DNA of 54,288 nucleotides from Bacteriovoracaceae bacterium (GTDB lineage Bacteria; Bdellovibrionota; Bacteriovoracia; Bacteriovoracales; Bacteriovoracaceae): NCBI GenBank assembly GCA_041586955.1, contig JBFGZE010000012.1, positions 1 to 54,288 of the forward strand, read 5' to 3'. Shown piece by piece: positions 19,347 to 28,152 of this stretch (position 1 is its first letter; each line of letters starts with the position of its first letter). The notes under the pieces were generated by a model. It saw only the letters and a program-made list of their open reading frames with translations, ran no database searches and was not told where the DNA came from. The position numbers and the translations under genes were made by a program.

Positions 19347-21545
19347 ATGAGAGTCGCCAGACATTTTAATATTCTATTATTTTTAAGTATATTCTTAAGC
19401 GCCTGTTCGACAATTGGTCCGGCAGATCGTTATCCCGCTGCGGAGAAGCTACCTGATGATTGTTTCCAGCTAGTGGATGATATTTTGGGACTTCGTTATG
19501 AAAGATCCAAAGCAAACTTTCATAAGGCGTTATCTAAGTCCTATTCTGAAGAGGAACAAGAGGTTATTCATAATAATATTGATGCCCTTCTTTTTATTGA
19601 TCATGAGCATGCTCTACCTCAATTACTATCGATTTATTCTTCAGACTCCTCCTCTCTTACTAATGCTTCAATATATACCAGATATACTCAGAATTCAGAT
19701 GTTAATTTACCGTTTCGAAATTTCTTGCAAACCACAGAGTTTCTCTTTGAAAAGAAACCCCAAATTAGCGTTGATACTTTAAAACAACTTCATGCCCGTT
19801 TGATGGCCGGGGGAGTTGATGGAGTTTCTCCCAATGCTTTAGGGGAAATTCGCGGTGAGGCCATTATTGGTAGTGTTCCCTCAGTTGCTCCTATTAATGC
19901 TAAGGTTTACGGAGAGCTCAAAGCAAATCCCTACATTTCTGTGAGAGATTTAAAATTTATTGGTCGAAACCGCTATATCGGCCATATCGGTTATCCACGA
20001 GCTGATCTTTTTACACCTGAAGTCGGAAAGATTATTGGCAAGAAGGATCCTGAACTTTTTAAAGAAATCACCGCTATCGCCAAACAATCGGAAAAAGAAC
20101 CAACCAGTTACGATTCTCCAGAATTTTATTCGGCCACTAAAAGAATGATTTCCATTCTAACAGATGATTTGTTTACATGGTTTGAAGAGGAGATGACAAA
20201 TATTGGCCGTGTTCGAAATATCTCTAGCTTTAAGAAATTTGTTAAGATTGTCACTCTTTTTCAACGACATTTAATTTCAATTCATCCCTTTGTCGATGGC
20301 AATGGCCGGACAATTCGCCAATTTGCCCTCTATTATCCCTTTTGGAGACAAGGTCTTCCTGCTCCTCGTCTGATGAACCCTAATTCCGACCTTTATCAAC
20401 CATTGGATGATTGGATGGATCAGATTATAGGGGGAGTGGAGAATTCTCACCATCTTTATTTGGACTTAACCCAGAGGATTAAAAATGATCTTCCCTTAGG
20501 GACTAGTCCTGAGCTTTTAATCCCCCGTATCCCGCATCGTGCTCTTATCGACCTTCGGAAAGAGGCCCACAAAAAGTTGGATGAGGATTATAAATTAGTT
20601 GATATTGATAGCTCCCAATTTGCCTATTTCTTTTTACAAAAAATGAAAAATGATCATTCCGCCTATACCAGCTATCTCAAAGAACCAGAGATTGAAATTA
20701 AAAAGGTCATTAACGAGTATCGAGATTTTTTTAAACACGCCAATATAGTTTATGACCGAAAAAAAACTGGTCGTGAATTTTTGGCCTTAGAATTTGCCGA
20801 TATAAGTTTTATGGATTCTTTTGCCAATAAATCCTATCTCGATGTTGATAAATGGCAATTTAAAATGGATCGCTGGTATGAGAATATTATTCAATGGCGT
20901 GGATTGGCCTCAAAAAGCAAAGAAAGAAGTGAGGAAGACATATTAGGAATGTTTAAAAACTTAGATAAAAATTTAGTCTCTAATAATGTTGCTCGCAATA
21001 TATTTAGTCATACCAATCCCGATCATATCAAAGCATTGGTCATGAAAGAGTTTAAAAAATATAATTATGACTTACAATTTGGCGGCCTAGCAGAAATGGC
21101 AACGCACCATTCTGAGACCGGCCCAAAGTATGGAATGAGTTATGGTTATTCCACCTCCGCCAAGCGAGCTGTTGGAAAGGCCTTTGCCATGGGGGCCATG
21201 GTTGTCGCCGAATATGGGAAGCAACAAAGGTTTCAACACCTTCTTAAGTCACGCTTGCTGGTTGGAATGCGGAAGGCGGGTAAGGATGTCGACCTTTCTC
21301 GTCTCAAGCAAATGCGCCCTCAATTTTCCTATCCATACCCCAGACGAAAAGAAATTATGGGGATTGCTGCGGCGGACCCCGATTCAATTATGTTTATTCA
21401 GATGATTGATGAGAAAGGTGAAGTCACTTTAAGTTACGTTCGCCACCCTAAGAAACCGAACGAGATTTGGGTTTATAAAAAAGAGGTTAGTGAGGTGGGA
21501 GATAAGATGCCACCCCCTGATCGAAAAGTTGTCCTGAATGATTAA
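19347..21545 (+). CDS. Exported lipoprotein with Fic domain and putative C-terminal ADP-ribosyltransferase-like domain
   Basis: Lipobox LSAC; HPFVDGNGRTIR at 20283-20318; WRG (R518), YSTS (S602-S604), PYPRRKEI (E669). Confidence 0.8.
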   Translation: MRVARHFNILLFLSIFLSACSTIGPADRYPAAEKLPDDCFQLVDDILGLRYERSKANFHKALSKSYSEEEQEVIHNNIDALLFIDHEHALPQLLSIYSSDSSSLTNASIYTRYTQNSDVNLPFRNFLQTTEFLFEKKPQISVDTLKQLHARLMAGGVDGVSPNALGEIRGEAIIGSVPSVAPINAKVYGELKANPYISVRDLKFIGRNRYIGHIGYPRADLFTPEVGKIIGKKDPELFKEITAIAKQSEKEPTSYDSPEFYSATKRMISILTDDLFTWFEEEMTNIGRVRNISSFKKFVKIVTLFQRHLISIHPFVDGNGRTIRQFALYYPFWRQGLPAPRLMNPNSDLYQPLDDWMDQIIGGVENSHHLYLDLTQRIKNDLPLGTSPELLIPRIPHRALIDLRKEAHKKLDEDYKLVDIDSSQFAYFFLQKMKNDHSAYTSYLKEPEIEIKKVINEYRDFFKHANIVYDRKKTGREFLALEFADISFMDSFANKSYLDVDKWQFKMDRWYENIIQWRGLASKSKERSEEDILGMFKNLDKNLVSNNVARNIFSHTNPDHIKALVMKEFKKYNYDLQFGGLAEMATHHSETGPKYGMSYGYSTSAKRAVGKAFAMGAMVVAEYGKQQRFQHLLKSRLLVGMRKAGKDVDLSRLKQMRPQFSYPYPRRKEIMGIAAADPDSIMFIQMIDEKGEVTLSYVRHPKKPNEIWVYKKEVSEVGDKMPPPDRKVVLND

Positions 21546-21563
21546 TTTTGTTACCCTATTATT

Positions 21564-21594
21564 AAAAAAAGGTCCCTTATGAGGACCTTTTTTT
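21564..21594 (+). terminator. Intrinsic (bidirectional-type) terminator
   Basis: A7-GGTCC-CTTATGA-GGACC-T7. Confidence 0.8.
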
Positions 21595-21609
21595 ATAAGA
21601 GGGACTCTC

Positions 21610-23052
21610 ATGTTTTACACCGGTGAAAACTTTCACGAATTAACAACTAACATTAATAAAATATTCTTCTTTCGCGTTTGCGGTACAGGTATGGGTGCTG
21701 CTGCAATTTTATTGCGCGAAAAAGGGTTTCATATCGAAGGTGGGGATTTTAAATTCGCGCCGCCAATGAGTGATTATCTACAAAGTACAGGGATACCTTT
21801 GCATGATTTATCAAGTATTGATGATGAATTTCTCAAAACTTTTGATTTAATTGTTGTCGGTAATGTTGTCCCTCGAGGTGGCGAAGATGCGACACGCCTG
21901 GAGTCTCTAGGAGTTCCCTTGGCCTCTTTTCCCACGGCAATGGGTGAGTTGGTTTTAAAAGAAATGAATGTCATTGGGATCGCCGGTACCCATGGGAAAA
22001 CGACAACCACCTATTTGGCCACTCAGGTATTTGAAAATTTAGGCGAAGACCCCGGTTATTTTATTGGGGGAGTGATGCCTAGTAGGCCATCTGCGCAATT
22101 GGGAGGAGGCCGTTATTTCTTTATTGAATCTGACGAGTATGATTGTGTGTATTTCGAAAAAATTTCAAAATTTCGCCGCTATCATCTTGATGAAATGATT
22201 TTAACTTCCTTAGAGTTTGACCACGCTGATATATTTGAAAACTTAGATCAAATTAAGGCCGAATTTTTGTCAGTACTTAAAGGATTTAAAGGTCACCTTT
22301 ATGTTAATAACGATTACCAAGCGAGTATCGACCTAATTGATCAGTCGGGTATTCCTGATGATAAGGTTCATCTTTATGGCAATCCTGTAGATGGTCCCCA
22401 TATTTCCGAGGTCACTTCTCGCTCAACGACTTTTACTCTGAAGTTGGCCAATCAATTAGAAAGCTTTAAAACCAATATCTTGGGACCACATAATATTCTC
22501 AATTTAACGTCGGTGATTTTATTTGCTTTTCAAGAGGGGTTTTCCGTTCCGGCCATTCGCCAGGCGGTTAGCGATCTCTCTATGGTCAAGCGACGCCAAG
22601 AGATTCGTGGTCAATATGGTGATATGGTCGTTATTGATGACTTTGCTCATCACCCGCGTGCTGTTGAATGTACTTTAGAAAGTATTCGTCAACAGTTCCC
22701 CGATAAACAATTATTGACATTGATGGAGCCTCATAGTGCAACCGCTCGTAGCAATATTTTTCAAGATGGTTTTGCCCAAGCGCTATCAACCTCTGATCAT
22801 TTGATTTTGACTCAATTGCACCGACCCACTTCTGTGAAAGAAACGGAGAACTTGGACTTGCCCGCAATTATCGCCCATATTGAGGACAAAGGGAAAAGGG
22901 GGGAAATTGTCTCAACTTTAGAAGAGTTGGTAGAGTCGTTAAAACCGTGGGAGCATAAGGATGCTGTACTATTAGTCCTTAGTAACGGCACTTGTCTAGG
23001 TTTATGGGAGTCAGACTTTGTTAAGAATTTGCATCCTTATTCTATCTCTTAG
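21610..23052 (+). CDS. mpl: Murein tripeptide ligase Mpl (MurC-like)
   Basis: CGTGMG, PPMS..L, GTHGKTTT, ESDEYD, LEFDHADIF, VKRRQE, DDFAHHP, LSNG. Confidence 0.85.
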   Translation: MFYTGENFHELTTNINKIFFFRVCGTGMGAAAILLREKGFHIEGGDFKFAPPMSDYLQSTGIPLHDLSSIDDEFLKTFDLIVVGNVVPRGGEDATRLESLGVPLASFPTAMGELVLKEMNVIGIAGTHGKTTTTYLATQVFENLGEDPGYFIGGVMPSRPSAQLGGGRYFFIESDEYDCVYFEKISKFRRYHLDEMILTSLEFDHADIFENLDQIKAEFLSVLKGFKGHLYVNNDYQASIDLIDQSGIPDDKVHLYGNPVDGPHISEVTSRSTTFTLKLANQLESFKTNILGPHNILNLTSVILFAFQEGFSVPAIRQAVSDLSMVKRRQEIRGQYGDMVVIDDFAHHPRAVECTLESIRQQFPDKQLLTLMEPHSATARSNIFQDGFAQALSTSDHLILTQLHRPTSVKETENLDLPAIIAHIEDKGKRGEIVSTLEELVESLKPWEHKDAVLLVLSNGTCLGLWESDFVKNLHPYSIS

Positions 23053-24679
23053 TTCCGGATCATTACTTAATGCCGATACAGGAATTGGTGCCTTCAAGAA
23101 TTTAGGGAGGAAAGGCTCTGCGCGCCTTAAAGAGCAGTACTTTCGCTATTATGATAAATTTGCCAAAACTCTTTGTTCTCCAGGAACGGAAGAAAAGTAT
23201 ATGGACCTTTATCGCAAGTTTAATGGCGATGGCCATTTTATTCCCTTAAATCTAAACGATACCCTCGATCGCTTGGCGATTAAAACCTATATGGATGAGT
23301 TCGGATATAAAAAGACTTGGATTCGACGCAAGATTCGCCAGCTTTCACGCCTTAAAAGCTTTAAAAAAATTTATCAATTAATGGATAGTATCGATCAGGA
23401 AATGAAAGTTTATTTGATCGCAAAAAGTCGCCTTAACAGCTCGGTCAAAGGTCCCAAAAAAAGCTTTAAAAAAATTAAAAAATATTATTCGGAGTTGCTA
23501 ACCGAAATTTCATTTTTACGCAGTTATAAATCCCCAGTGGATTTTTTTGGCCTTCGTAAAGAATACGATCAATTTAAAGGTGCTAGCGATAAAAAAATGA
23601 AGAGAAAGGCCAACCAGGTTTATTTTTTGCGCAAATTAATGGAGGACGGTGCTCAAGACCCTGATCATAGTCGCAATGATCGTTTCTTACGGGCCAATAT
23701 TGACTCCTTGGCCTTGCGTTTTCGTCGAACGGATTATTTATCAGAAGATATGCGCTATGATCTAGTGGATGCTCTCGAGGGGATAAGTTATCAATTAAAG
23801 CGCGGCAAAAAAGTGTTGATTTCCCGCTTAAGAGAGTGGGACAAGCGCAATTGGCGTGCTTATAAATTTTATGGGCATTTATTAAAAGGCAAAAAAGAGG
23901 CCTCTTTAGTGCGTGAAAAAGTATCGGCCCGTTATCGGCTCAAAGAATTTGTTTATAATAAATTGGCAGAAACCTATCTTTTTTGGCGAAAGGCCCCCCC
24001 TCGATTAAGAGCACTTTACGCTCTGGAAACGATTCTCTTTAGTGAAGTGGGTGGCCTAGATTTAAAAGAGGGGGTTGAACGGCGTGATGTTTCCCAAGTT
24101 GTACTCAACCGCACGAAAAATTATTTTTATCGCCAATTTGGTCAAAAAGATGCCCTCTATCAAAAACTCCTGCAAAAATTAAAAAAGAAAGAAATTCAGC
24201 AATATTATTGGCTCAATACTCTTTTTAAAGAGGGCGAGTTCTCATTCACATATTATTTTATTCCTGGCAGCCGCCATATTTTTTGTGCTGATCAATCAGG
24301 TCGCGCCAAAAAGCTAAGACAAGACAATGTAGATATTGCTCTTGATACTCTCAAAGCACCCCGCTGGAGCTTTAAAGGTCTACGCTACTTTTCGAGGGCC
24401 TCAATGTTAGGGCGAATTGAAATGTCTTCCCTTTGGACTGATTATAGCTCCTTGCCAGAGAGACCTGGCCCCATATTAAAATTAAGTCCAAAGCAAAAAG
24501 AATGGCTTAAAAAAGGTGAGTACATTGAACTCTACCGATTCCTGGACAACCATCGCCGTTCCTATAGAGTTATGCGTCATGAAACTGGGGATATGGCCGT
24601 TCAGCGTCTTGGTGGGAGCAAGAAGTATTATTCCTACCGAAACCCTCACTTTTTTCGCTATTTTTCTGTGCGGCAATAG
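23018..24679 (+). CDS. Basic exported protein with putative SleB/CwlJ-like (Hydrolase_2) cell-wall hydrolase motifs
   Basis: Signal-like N-terminus; LETILFSEVGG...DVSQVVLNR...LFKEGEFSF...RYFS. Confidence 0.55.
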   Translation: MLRICILILSLSSGSLLNADTGIGAFKNLGRKGSARLKEQYFRYYDKFAKTLCSPGTEEKYMDLYRKFNGDGHFIPLNLNDTLDRLAIKTYMDEFGYKKTWIRRKIRQLSRLKSFKKIYQLMDSIDQEMKVYLIAKSRLNSSVKGPKKSFKKIKKYYSELLTEISFLRSYKSPVDFFGLRKEYDQFKGASDKKMKRKANQVYFLRKLMEDGAQDPDHSRNDRFLRANIDSLALRFRRTDYLSEDMRYDLVDALEGISYQLKRGKKVLISRLREWDKRNWRAYKFYGHLLKGKKEASLVREKVSARYRLKEFVYNKLAETYLFWRKAPPRLRALYALETILFSEVGGLDLKEGVERRDVSQVVLNRTKNYFYRQFGQKDALYQKLLQKLKKKEIQQYYWLNTLFKEGEFSFTYYFIPGSRHIFCADQSGRAKKLRQDNVDIALDTLKAPRWSFKGLRYFSRASMLGRIEMSSLWTDYSSLPERPGPILKLSPKQKEWLKKGEYIELYRFLDNHRRSYRVMRHETGDMAVQRLGGSKKYYSYRNPHFFRYFSVRQ

Positions 24680-24790
24680 TCTCAAAAGCTCTTACCTTAC
24701 CTAAATTTTCTTGGCGGTCTAAAGGGCCTCGTGTATAGTTTTGACACAATAGATGAAGATTAATCCCCCCAATATTTGTTGGAGAAAGTC

Positions 24791-25957
24791 ATGTTAAAAG
24801 ATTATGTTTTTACTTCCGAGTCCGTTACTGAAGGACACCCTGATAAAATGGCCGATGGTATTTCTGATGCTGTACTAGATGCGATGCTGGCCCAAGATCC
24901 TAACTCTCGAGTTGCTTGTGAGACGATGATTTCCACAGGTATGGCAATTATTGCAGGTGAGGTTACAACTAAAGCTCAAATCGATTTCCAGGATATTATT
25001 CGTAATAAAATTCGTGATATTGGTTATGATCATTCTGATAAAGGGTTTGATTGTAATACCTGTTCTGTCATGGTTGCTCTTGATAAGCAATCGCCAGATA
25101 TTGCCCAGGGCGTAAATGTTGGTGAAGGAACTTATGCTGAGCAAGGAGCTGGTGACCAAGGCCTTATGTTTGGTTACGCGGTTAACGAATCAGATAGTTA
25201 TATGCCTCTTACTATCGATCTTTCTCATAAGTTGGCGATGCGCTTAACTGAAGTGAGAAAAAATGGAACATTGCCTCTTTTAAGGGCCGATGGGAAAACT
25301 CAAGTTTCAGCTGAGTATATCAATGGTAAAGTGGCCCGTTTAGATGCCATTGTTATTTCAACTCAGCACGCTGAGGAAATGACATTAAAGCAGGTTCAAG
25401 AGTCTTTGAGAGAAGAAGTGATCAACAAGGTTATCCCAGCAAATCTCATTGATAATAAGACAAAAATTTTCCTTAATCCTACTGGTAAATTTGTTATTGG
25501 CGGGCCAATGGGCGATTGTGGTTTAACAGGCCGTAAGATTATTGTGGATACTTATGGTGGACATGGTGCTCACGGTGGTGGTGCTTTCTCTGGAAAGGAC
25601 CCTTCTAAAGTTGACCGGTCTGCAGCTTATGCCACTAGGCATATTGCCAAGCATATTGTTGCTGCTGGATTGGCCGATAGAGCTCTCGTTCAGGTTGCTT
25701 ACGCAATTGGGGTGGCCGAGCCAATGTCTCTTCTCGTTGATACTTTTGGAACAGAAAAAGTTGATACTAATAAAATCAATGCAGCGATTAATGAGATCTT
25801 TGATATGAAGCCTAAGTCAATTATTGAAAGACTTGATCTTCTGAGACCTATTTATGGGCCAACGACTGCCTATGGGCATTTTGGCCGTACTGCTGAGGGT
25901 GGGCTCTTCCCTTGGGAACAATTAGATAAATTAGAGGAATTAAAATCTCTATTCTAA
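24791..25957 (+). CDS. metK: S-adenosylmethionine synthase
   Basis: [28 protein letters not shown]; start set at the ATG after the GGAG RBS. Confidence 0.98.
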   Translation: MLKDYVFTSESVTEGHPDKMADGISDAVLDAMLAQDPNSRVACETMISTGMAIIAGEVTTKAQIDFQDIIRNKIRDIGYDHSDKGFDCNTCSVMVALDKQSPDIAQGVNVGEGTYAEQGAGDQGLMFGYAVNESDSYMPLTIDLSHKLAMRLTEVRKNGTLPLLRADGKTQVSAEYINGKVARLDAIVISTQHAEEMTLKQVQESLREEVINKVIPANLIDNKTKIFLNPTGKFVIGGPMGDCGLTGRKIIVDTYGGHGAHGGGAFSGKDPSKVDRSAAYATRHIAKHIVAAGLADRALVQVAYAIGVAEPMSLLVDTFGTEKVDTNKINAAINEIFDMKPKSIIERLDLLRPIYGPTTAYGHFGRTAEGGLFPWEQLDKLEELKSLF

Positions 25958-25969
25958 ATTGATAAAAAT

Positions 25970-25996
25970 AGGCCTGTAATAACAGGCCTTTTTTTT
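25970..25996 (+). terminator. Intrinsic terminator after metK
   Basis: AGGCCTGT-AATA-ACAGGCCT followed by a T run. Confidence 0.85.
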
Positions 25997-26031
25997 GCCG
26001 CAAGCAAAGAAGACAGTGGTACCATAGATCT

Positions 26032-26274
26032 ATGTTCCTAGATATAATTTACTTTCTCGTGCGATATGCTCCCTTTTGGTCAGTGCCCGTAATGATGATT
26101 ACGGGTCAATACGCCTATAATAACTTTCATATCTCGACAAGGTTGGCGCGCAAGATTGCCTTGGCCTGCATTGTTTTATGTTTTTTCTCTTTTACTGTAT
26201 TGGCCTTTTATGTTTGGGCCGGAGGTCCGATTCGCGCTGTCTATTACCTTGACCGCGCCATGGGCATCAGATAA
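26032..26274 (+). CDS. Small membrane protein, hypothetical
   Basis: 80 aa with two hydrophobic segments; extended -10 TGGTACCAT 6 nt before the ATG. Confidence 0.6.
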   Translation: MFLDIIYFLVRYAPFWSVPVMMITGQYAYNNFHISTRLARKIALACIVLCFFSFTVLAFYVWAGGPIRAVYYLDRAMGIR

Positions 26275-26458
26275 TAATTCACTTGGCCCTTTATTGGGTG
26301 AGTCAAGTTGCAAGCAGCTTCTATTTTTAAAATTATGTTGCGTATGGGGGAAAGGTGTTCCCTGGTGTTGAAAAATTGACACTTACTCCGATAGTCGTTA
26401 GCATTTTAATAGGGATTGTTGAACACAGCAGACCCCCATCTTTTCTCAAGGACTATTT

Positions 26459-27973
26459 GTGAACGATTTGCAATTTTTGCATTCATCTATTGATGGGCAA
26501 AATCACAAGGAAAATCCCATTCCCTTGATCTATCTTATAGAGGATGATCAATTATTAGGGCAGACGATTGGCCGTTATTTGCAAAAGGTTTATCAAGTTG
26601 AGGTTCAATATTTTCATTGCCCAGAAGAGTTTCTTCAAAATGAAATAGAAAACTCTAATGCCAAAAGGCCCTTTGCGCTTATTACAGATGTCTCTTTTGA
26701 GAACAAAGGCCTTGATGGTCTACTTCTTATTGATAAGATAAATCAAAAAAATCACTCATTTTTTAGTGTCGTCATGACAGGCTTTGCCTCTATTGAATCG
26801 GCGATTTTGGCGACTAAGAAAGGTGTCTATCATTATTTAACTAAGCCCTTTGATCTTGAAATTCTAGGTAATTTGATTGAAAAGGCCTTCGCCGAAAAAT
26901 TAGGGATTACTCTACGTGGCCTTAATAAAGTGACCAAGGCTTCTGAGAGAGGCCCAAAGCTCAAGCTAGAGAGTCCTACCGAAAATGATATTTTTTGCGG
27001 TATGATTGGACGCTCTCAGGTTATGAGAGAGGTCTTTAATCGTATTGCTAAGGTTGCCCAGAGTGATTCAACTGTTCTGATTCATGGCCCTTCTGGTACC
27101 GGTAAAGAATTAGTGGCCAAGGCCTTACACGAACTATCTCCGCGAAAATCAAACCCTATGGTATCGGTGAATTGTGGTGCTATCCCAGCAGAATTATTAG
27201 AAAGTGAGCTATTCGGTCATGTCAAAGGTTCATTTACTGGTGCCATCTCTGATCGCAGTGGCCGCTTTGAAATGGCCGATCATGGTAGTATCTTTCTTGA
27301 TGAGATAGGGGATATGCCGCTACTTCTTCAAGTCAAAATACTTCGCGTATTACAAAATAGAGAGATTGAAAAAGTTGGTGGTAACCATAGTACGGCAATT
27401 AACGTCCGAATTATTACCGCCACTCACCGCCATTTAGAATCCCTCGTTAAAAGAGGGGACTTCCGTGAAGATCTTTATTATCGCCTTAACGTGATTCCTA
27501 TTATTATTCCAGGATTAAAGGAACGAAAAGAGGATATTCCTCTTCTCATGAATTATTTTTTATCTCGCTATACCTCTGCTGATGGCCGTAACTCTCTTGA
27601 ATTTGATGATGATGCTTTTAGCTTATTAATGGCCTATGATTGGCCTGGGAATGTTCGTGAATTAGAGAACCTTATTGAGCGGCTAGTTATCTTAAAAGGT
27701 GGTTCTATAATCAAACCACAGGATTTACCACTCAAGATCTTCGAAGCTGTTAATGAAAAGAAGTCCAAAGGGGATTATGAATTTTCTTTGCCCGATAACG
27801 GAATAGATCTTAAAGAGACTCTCAACGAAATAGAGAATTCCCTTATTCTTCAAGCGCTCCAAAAAACGGAGGGGAATAAAAACCAGGCATCAAAACTCTT
27901 AAAAATGAACCGAACGACATTAATTGAAAAATTAAAGAAGAAAGGTTTAATAGATCTCTTTCCATCTCATTAA
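26459..27973 (+). CDS. sigma54-dependent response regulator (NtrC/FleQ-like), probable flagellar regulator
   Basis: Receiver (EDD, TD, TKP), GPSGTGKE, ESELFGHVKGSFTGA, FLDEIG, WPGNVREL, Fis HTH NRTTLIEK. Confidence 0.92.
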   Translation: MNDLQFLHSSIDGQNHKENPIPLIYLIEDDQLLGQTIGRYLQKVYQVEVQYFHCPEEFLQNEIENSNAKRPFALITDVSFENKGLDGLLLIDKINQKNHSFFSVVMTGFASIESAILATKKGVYHYLTKPFDLEILGNLIEKAFAEKLGITLRGLNKVTKASERGPKLKLESPTENDIFCGMIGRSQVMREVFNRIAKVAQSDSTVLIHGPSGTGKELVAKALHELSPRKSNPMVSVNCGAIPAELLESELFGHVKGSFTGAISDRSGRFEMADHGSIFLDEIGDMPLLLQVKILRVLQNREIEKVGGNHSTAINVRIITATHRHLESLVKRGDFREDLYYRLNVIPIIIPGLKERKEDIPLLMNYFLSRYTSADGRNSLEFDDDAFSLLMAYDWPGNVRELENLIERLVILKGGSIIKPQDLPLKIFEAVNEKKSKGDYEFSLPDNGIDLKETLNEIENSLILQALQKTEGNKNQASKLLKMNRTTLIEKLKKKGLIDLFPSH

Positions 27974-28152
27974 GATTCAAGGGGAAAAATTTCCCATAGG
28001 GCTTAACTTCTCTGATTATTGCTTTGCGCCTAAATAGTTAGAATACTAGGGTTTAGCAGGTGTCATTTTTTTGATAGGACAAATTGACCTGCCAGAAAAA
28101 TTTTCCTTCCAATCTATACAAACATAAGTAAAATAAAAGAGAGATATTTAGG

